From Trueperaceae bacterium (lineage in GTDB: Bacteria; Deinococcota; Deinococci; Deinococcales; Trueperaceae), in the NCBI GenBank assembly GCA_965214405.1, contig OZ243956.1, forward strand, positions 992,001 through 1,056,000: a DNA stretch of 64,000 nucleotides, read 5' to 3'. How positions within the stretch are numbered: the stretch's first letter is position 1; the number at the start of each line of letters is the position of its first letter. This document shows positions 58,748-64,000 of the stretch, one piece after another. Below the pieces are notes generated by a model. The model was not told the origin of the DNA, did no database searches, and saw only the letters and a program-made list of their open reading frames with translations. The position numbers were made by a program, and so were the translations under genes.

Positions 58748-60727
58748 TTAGTTAAGGTTTCTCTTGAAAACTCCCCCGGTACGGAGCGCTCGCAGGTGCT
58801 CGAGCTTGCTGAGGTCGGCGAGGAGAGCCTGCCAGCTTTCGGCCACCTCGAGGGGCGACAGGAGTCCTGAAGCGCCGAACACCTCCAGACAAACCGAGAC
58901 AATCGCGGGGTCAAACTGGCTACCGCTGTTGCGGGCAATTTCTTGAAGCGTTTCCTCGACCGACCAGGCCGCTTTGTAGGGGCGCTCGTGGGTAAGCGCG
59001 TCCAGCACGTCGGCGACCGAGACGATGCGCGCCGCCTGCGGGATATCCTCCCCGGCGAGCTTGTTGGGGTAGCCGCGCCCGTCCCACCTCTCGTGGTGGG
59101 CCGCGGTGACCTTTTCCGCCAAGTGCAAGAGGGGCGAGTGACCGTCCGCTAAGATGCGCGCGCCGATAGCGGGGTGCGTCCGCATGATCCCAAACTCCTC
59201 ATCGGTCAGCTTGCCGGGCTTGAGCAAAATCGTGTCCGAGACGCCTATCTTGCCTACGTCATGTAGGCGCGCGGCGGTGTAGAGGAGCTGAACATCTTTG
59301 AGCGGCCAGCCGAGCACATAAGCGATGAGGGCCGCTGTTCTGCCGACCCTGCGGGTATGAACGCCCGTGTCGTCGTCGCGGTATTCCGCGGCCACGGCGA
59401 GCCGGGTGACGATCTCAATCTGGGCCTCTTCTAGGTCGGCGGTGCGCTCTTGCACCAGGCGCTCCGCCTCTTCAAACGCGCGCTTGCTCACTTCCGACCT
59501 GAGGCGGTACTCTTCCGCCTCATACCTTATCTTCTCTAGGTCAAACTTGAGCGTCAGGCGGCGCGTTTTCTCCTCGTTCTCTTCGCTAAATATCCGCTCC
59601 TTGAGGTCGTGAAAGGCCTCTAAGTGGTAGACCGCTTTTTCAAAAGCGCCTTGCGCTTTGTAGGCGCTCGCCAAGAGTTTATGCGCTTCATAAAGCGCGC
59701 GGGGCCGCTCCGTCTGCTCGGCGATGAGGAGCGCTGCAAGCGCGCGCGCGGTGGCCTCGCCAAAGGACCGCGTGGCGAGCTCGTCTTTGGCGAGGTTGAG
59801 TAGCGCGCTGAGCAAACTGGCTTTGTCATCAATGGCTGTGGCTAGGTCAACAGCCTGCTGATGTGCAGTTTTGGCTCTGGCAAATAGAGCTTTACGGTAG
59901 TAGACGTTACCCAAGCCCTCTACAGCGTTGAGCTGGAAAACAGCGAGACCATTATCTACACTGAGAGCACGACCAGTTTCAAAGGAAGCTTCCGCAGCCT
60001 CGAGTTTCCCCATCTCCAAATAAACTTCGGCTAAATTGATGCGAGAAACAATTTCTATCACGTGGTCATTCAGATGAGCCGCGATATCCAGGGCTTCCTC
60101 ATAAAAAGTTTTTGCGCGCTCAAATTTACCCAGTGCAGCGTAGGTGAGGCCCAAATCCTGTAAATTGATAGCGGCGCTACGCGAACCTGGGTCGCACTCT
60201 TTAAGCAGGTCATAAGCCTTGCGCAACGAAACCAAGGCATCTTGATACTCCGAGAGGTCACGGTAGATGCTTCCGGCATTAGTAAGCACGTTCGCCCACA
60301 TCTTCTTCTGCCCAAGGCGCTCAAATAGGACACCCGCTTGCTCCAAAAACTTCAGGGCCGAGGGCGCGTCACCTTGAAGCGCAAATACGCTTGCTAACTG
60401 GTTTAGCGCGTTTGCTTCGGGTTCAGGTAGATCGTGAAGCCGCGCGCAACCCAGCGCCTCCTCAAAGGCGGCCTTGGCCTCTTCGAACGAGCCCCGCTCC
60501 CGCAGGAGCTTACCCAGGAGCAGCGCGGCCTCCGCTTTTTGCGGCGGTGTTGCACAGGTATCCGGCTCCGCAGGAGGTCGCGTGAGCAGGGCGTAGGCGT
60601 CGTCAAACTGGCCGAGCGCGAAAGCTTGTTGCGCTTCCTCGAGTTGGGGAGCGCCGATAGACTCGAGCACGGCCTGTGGTGCCTCTTTGGGGTGACCCCC
60701 GGTCTGTTTTTGCGTTGCTTCTTTCAT
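58748..60727 (-). CDS. Cytoplasmic TPR-repeat HD-GYP phosphodiesterase
   Basis: Several TPR-like helical repeats, coiled-coil linker, RLHDVGK and HHERWDGRGYP. Confidence 0.92.
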   Translation of the reverse strand: MKEATQKQTGGHPKEAPQAVLESIGAPQLEEAQQAFALGQFDDAYALLTRPPAEPDTCATPPQKAEAALLLGKLLRERGSFEEAKAAFEEALGCARLHDLPEPEANALNQLASVFALQGDAPSALKFLEQAGVLFERLGQKKMWANVLTNAGSIYRDLSEYQDALVSLRKAYDLLKECDPGSRSAAINLQDLGLTYAALGKFERAKTFYEEALDIAAHLNDHVIEIVSRINLAEVYLEMGKLEAAEASFETGRALSVDNGLAVFQLNAVEGLGNVYYRKALFARAKTAHQQAVDLATAIDDKASLLSALLNLAKDELATRSFGEATARALAALLIAEQTERPRALYEAHKLLASAYKAQGAFEKAVYHLEAFHDLKERIFSEENEEKTRRLTLKFDLEKIRYEAEEYRLRSEVSKRAFEEAERLVQERTADLEEAQIEIVTRLAVAAEYRDDDTGVHTRRVGRTAALIAYVLGWPLKDVQLLYTAARLHDVGKIGVSDTILLKPGKLTDEEFGIMRTHPAIGARILADGHSPLLHLAEKVTAAHHERWDGRGYPNKLAGEDIPQAARIVSVADVLDALTHERPYKAAWSVEETLQEIARNSGSQFDPAIVSVCLEVFGASGLLSPLEVAESWQALLADLSKLEHLRALRTGGVFKRNLN

Positions 60728-60832
60728 ACGGTTGCCCCCTTTGTAAAAGAGCGTTTTGGGCGTGACGACACATCTACTGCTCTATAACCTAGTGAGAGGG
60801 TAGCGGAAAGGCTGTCACACAAAACTTACAAA

Positions 60833-60876
60833 GTAGGCCCAGGGGGCGGTAGCAAGCTACCGCCCCCTGGGCCTAC
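60833..60876 (-). terminator. Perfect 21-bp-stem hairpin after the S8 gene (terminator or mRNA stabiliser)
   Basis: GTAGGCCCAGGGGGCGGTAGC-aa-GCTACCGCCCCCTGGGCCTAC followed by TTTGTAAGTTTT on the minus strand. Confidence 0.75.
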
Positions 60877-60894
60877 GGTCTTAAAACCACCGTT

Positions 60895-62223
60895 TTACTT
60901 TAAGACGTCGTTCAAGAACACGACCAGGTCAAGGCGGCCTTTACCCAGACCGTCTTTGTAGTTGTGGTTCGCTCCCACGTCGTAAAGTTTGTCCATCACC
61001 TTTTCCGTCACGAGCTTGGGCAGTTCTTCAACCTTTTTGTCCAGACTGGGTTCGCCCAGCGCGAGGGCCAGCGCGCCCGAGACCATCGGCGCGGCGAACG
61101 AGGTGCCGCTCGAGTAGGTGACCCGCGCGTCAGGATAGGCGGTAAAGATGGACTCTCCGGGCGCGGCCATTTCCACCTTTTCCTTTTGATAGGTGGAGAA
61201 GGAAGATTTTTCATCCTTGGCGTTGACGCTGCCGACGCTGATCAGGGTGTCCGAGAAACTGCTGCCTGTGACCGCGCTGTTGGCCGGGAAGGTGACGTTT
61301 CTGTCACCGGAGTTGCCCGCGGAGGTGACCACGGCCACCCTGTTGTTTTTGGCCTTTTCCAGAACCCGCTCGACAGACCTTGAACCTTGGCTCGAGCCCA
61401 AAGACACGTTGATAACGTCGGCCCCATGTCTGATGGCCCAGTCTATGGCTAATACCAGGTCGTCCGTGTCACCAGAACCGTCCGAATTCAGGATGCGCAG
61501 CGGCATGATTTTGGCTAAGGGAGCCACTTGCAAAACAACCCCGGCGACCGCGGTGCCGTGACCGTAACTTATCCCCACGCCTTCTTCTTGAGGCAGGGCG
61601 TCGTTGCCTATAAAGTCCCAGCCGTTAACCAGGCGGCCCGCGAAAACGGGGTGCTTGAGGTCTACGCCTGTGTCGATAACCGCGACGACGACGCCTTCAC
61701 CTAAGCGGGGAGCGAGTTCAGTATGAGCTTTGTAGAGGCCAATCTTTTCCCAGAACGGATAGTTGTCAAGCGGCGTGTAAGTTGGCGCACCCCCAGCCCA
61801 AGCTCTCACGCCTCCGGCCCAAGCTCTTACGCCTCCGGCCCAGGTTCTCACGCCTCCGGCCCAAGCTCTTACACCTCCGGCCCAAGCTCTTACACCCTGC
61901 GCACCCAGTTCAGGCGAGGAAAAGGTGTCCTGGTTTTGGTCGGTCGAGAGGGTGGTTAACATGCCTTCTTTTTCGGTAAAGCCCAGAACCGCAAAGCCTT
62001 CTTCGGCGTCCATGAGGATGACCTCGCCGCCGTAGAGCGCCTCGAGTTCAGCCTCGGTCATGCCCGGCGCTACATCAAGAGAGGTGATGCGGGAAAAATC
62101 GCTCGAGGGTTGACTGTCTACTTGGGGAACCCCGGTCGTGCTGCAAGCGGCCAGAAACAGCGCGGTCAGGCCCACAGAAAAGTAGCGAGCGAGGTGTTGC
62201 GGTTTATGCAGAATGTGATGCAA
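60895..62223 (-). CDS. Lipoprotein S8 (subtilisin-like) serine peptidase
   Basis: LAAC lipobox; VIDTG, HGTAVAG and GTSFAAP catalytic motifs. Confidence 0.93.
   Translation of the reverse strand: MHHILHKPQHLARYFSVGLTALFLAACSTTGVPQVDSQPSSDFSRITSLDVAPGMTEAELEALYGGEVILMDAEEGFAVLGFTEKEGMLTTLSTDQNQDTFSSPELGAQGVRAWAGGVRAWAGGVRTWAGGVRAWAGGVRAWAGGAPTYTPLDNYPFWEKIGLYKAHTELAPRLGEGVVVAVIDTGVDLKHPVFAGRLVNGWDFIGNDALPQEEGVGISYGHGTAVAGVVLQVAPLAKIMPLRILNSDGSGDTDDLVLAIDWAIRHGADVINVSLGSSQGSRSVERVLEKAKNNRVAVVTSAGNSGDRNVTFPANSAVTGSSFSDTLISVGSVNAKDEKSSFSTYQKEKVEMAAPGESIFTAYPDARVTYSSGTSFAAPMVSGALALALGEPSLDKKVEELPKLVTEKVMDKLYDVGANHNYKDGLGKGRLDLVVFLNDVLK
61792..61896 (-). repeat. Five tandem 21-bp repeats encoding GVR(A/T)WAG
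   Basis: GVRAWAG GVRAWAG GVRTWAG GVRAWAG GVRAWAG; copies differ mainly at synonymous sites. Confidence 0.95.
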
Positions 62224-62434
62224 GATGATCCTCCAAGGATTTGGCGAGAGGTGACGCGTTACAGCGTGCTGTTACGCTTTTTGCGGCGGACGGCGGCGCT
62301 TTACCCCCCTTCGGGGAGGGTGGCGTTTTTGCGAACGCAACCTTGAAGAGAAGCGTAAAGTATGTGTTCTCACGAAATCCTTACAATCAGGAGGATGCGA
62401 AACTGCGGGCACCGCCAAAAAATGACAAATGAGC

Positions 62435-62476
62435 AAAAAAGGAGCGTGCGCGGCGAGCTTTCTGCCGCGCACGCTC
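62435..62476 (-). terminator. Rho-independent terminator after the aldehyde dehydrogenase
   Basis: GAGCGTGCGCGGC...GCCGCGCACGCTC stem plus TTTTTT on the minus strand. Confidence 0.8.
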
Positions 62477-62522
62477 GAGGTCTTCTTAGAAAACCCCGCT
62501 CTAACTCCCATTCAGCTCATCT

Positions 62523-64000
62523 TCAGCGCAATAAGTCCTCGATATTGACCTTTTCGCCCGCTTCGATGTAGCCCGTATCCATCTGCGCGAGCTGCAAGCG
62601 GCCCGACACGTCGTCGTTGACGCCGTGCCAGTAGGTGTAGGCGTCGATCACCCAGACGCCCGACTCGCGCGTGCCGTTGCCCGAGCCCTTCACGCCGCCG
62701 AAGGGCATGTGCGCCTCCGCCCCGGTGGTCGAGTTGTTGATGGAGGTCATTCCCGCCTCGATGCGGTCCTTGAACGCGTAAGCCCACTCGCGGTTGTTGG
62801 TGTAGATGGCCGACGAAAGGCCGTAGTCCACCGCGTTGGCTGCCTCTATAGCCTCGTCAATCCCGTCCACCCTGACCAGGTTGATAGTCGGGCCGAACAC
62901 TTCCGTCTGAAAAAGCTTCGTGCCGGGCTTGATATTCTCCCAGACCGTCGGCCAGCCGTAGAAGCCCGCGTCGGGGTCGTCTACAAAACCCTCCGGCTTA
63001 TTTTCTTGGGTGATGCGCCCCTCCCCGTAAAGCAGCGTCGCGCCGTCTTCGGCCCAGTCGTAGTGGCTCAGCCAGGTTTCAAAAAACCGTTGGTTGATAA
63101 AGGGGCCGTAGAGCACGTCGTCATGTGCGTTGGGGTCGCCAATTTTGACTCTTTTTGTCTCATCCAAGAACTTGGCTTTAAACGCGTCGTAGATGGGCGC
63201 GTCCAGGATGATGTTACCCGCGCTCGTGCAGCGCTGCCCGCCCGTGCCGAACGAGGCCCAGAGAGCGCCCGCGACGGCGTTGTCTAGGTCGGCGTCACGC
63301 ATGACGACGAGCGGGTTTTTGCCGCCGAGTTCCAAGGTCGGGTGCAAGAGGTTCCGCCCCGCCACCTCGCCGATGTGGCGGCCTACCCCCGTCGAGCCCG
63401 TAAAGGCGAACTTGGCGAGCAGCCCCTCGTCCATCATCTCAACTAAATACTCACCCGCCGCGCCCTTCCCGCCGCCGAAGACCACGTTCATCACGCCCTT
63501 GGGCAGCCCGGCCTCCTCCATGAGTTTGACCAAGGCGTAGGCGCAGGCGGGCGCGTCTTCCGAGGGCTTCCAGACAATCGTATTGCCTGTCAGAAGCGCG
63601 GGGATGATTTTCCAGGCGGGCACCGCCACGGGAAAGTTCCCGGCGGTCACCATGCCGACCACGCCTAAGGGGCGGCGGTAGGTGCTGAGTTCTTTGTTGG
63701 GCATTTCCGAAGGGACCGTCTGACCGTAAAGTCTGCGCCCCTCCGACTGGAAAAAGTGGCAGGTGTCAATCGCTTCTTGCACGTCGCCCCGCGCCTCTTT
63801 GAGCGTCTTGCCCATCTCTCGAGTGACGAGGCGGGAGAGCGCTTCCTTTTCGCGCGTGATGGCCCGCCCAATCGCGCCGATGACCTCGCCGCGGACCGGG
63901 GCGGGGGTCTTGGACCAGCTCTTAAAGGCTTCCTTGGCGGTCTCGCAGGCTTCACGCACCTGCGCCTTGGTCGCCTCGGGAAAGGTGCCGATAACGTCGG
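62523..64000 (-). CDS. Aldehyde dehydrogenase family protein (5' end outside the window)
   Basis: WKPSE, FTGSTGVG, LELGGKNP, GQRCTS, EVFGP, PFGGVKGSG. Confidence 0.95.
   Translation of the reverse strand, partial: DVIGTFPEATKAQVREACETAKEAFKSWSKTPAPVRGEVIGAIGRAITREKEALSRLVTREMGKTLKEARGDVQEAIDTCHFFQSEGRRLYGQTVPSEMPNKELSTYRRPLGVVGMVTAGNFPVAVPAWKIIPALLTGNTIVWKPSEDAPACAYALVKLMEEAGLPKGVMNVVFGGGKGAAGEYLVEMMDEGLLAKFAFTGSTGVGRHIGEVAGRNLLHPTLELGGKNPLVVMRDADLDNAVAGALWASFGTGGQRCTSAGNIILDAPIYDAFKAKFLDETKRVKIGDPNAHDDVLYGPFINQRFFETWLSHYDWAEDGATLLYGEGRITQENKPEGFVDDPDAGFYGWPTVWENIKPGTKLFQTEVFGPTINLVRVDGIDEAIEAANAVDYGLSSAIYTNNREWAYAFKDRIEAGMTSINNSTTGAEAHMPFGGVKGSGNGTRESGVWVIDAYTYWHGVNDDVSGRLQLAQMDTGYIEAGEKVNIEDLLR

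Noticed and set aside
61792..61896. 21-bp tandem repeats as a CRISPR array
   Set aside because: No spacers, in-frame coding repeat, and no cas genes in the window.

Overview
GC-rich bacterial chromosome segment. Gene content, the many leaderless TANNNT-start genes and the style of the proteins suggest Deinococcota (Truepera-like); this is inference. Left to right: (1) end of a PLP-dependent dehydratase and an archaeal/eukaryotic-type release-factor homologue; (2) a minus-strand island of eight small membrane proteins with two TetR regulators whose promoters and operators are readable in the sequence; (3) small hypothetical genes, including an unannotated 56-aa HTH protein; (4) an 11-subunit complex I-like operon (nuoABCDH-IJKLMN, no nuoEFG) with a NuoC carrying four tandem HhH-like domains, and an insert holding an orphan HicB, a methyltransferase, an internally deleted brnT and brnA; (5) an amidase, an IS5 element and a NUDIX gene; (6) a ~32-kb surface-glycan locus (wzz, pseudaminic acid pathway, dTDP-3-amino-sugar genes, two flippases, glycosyltransferases, wzy, two O-antigen-ligase-like genes with one fused to WbaP, rml genes split by a toxin-antitoxin-like pair and a second IS5, uppS-like, manC); (7) a lipoprotein S8 protease with five tandem GVRAWAG heptapeptides upstream of a cytoplasmic TPR-HD-GYP protein, then a partial aldehyde dehydrogenase. 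The best candidate for an undescribed system is the S8 protease/TPR-HD-GYP pair, which may be a self-processing peptide-signal module controlling cyclic dinucleotide turnover. The palindrome CTCGAG is strongly over-represented. All product calls come from motif recognition, not database searches.
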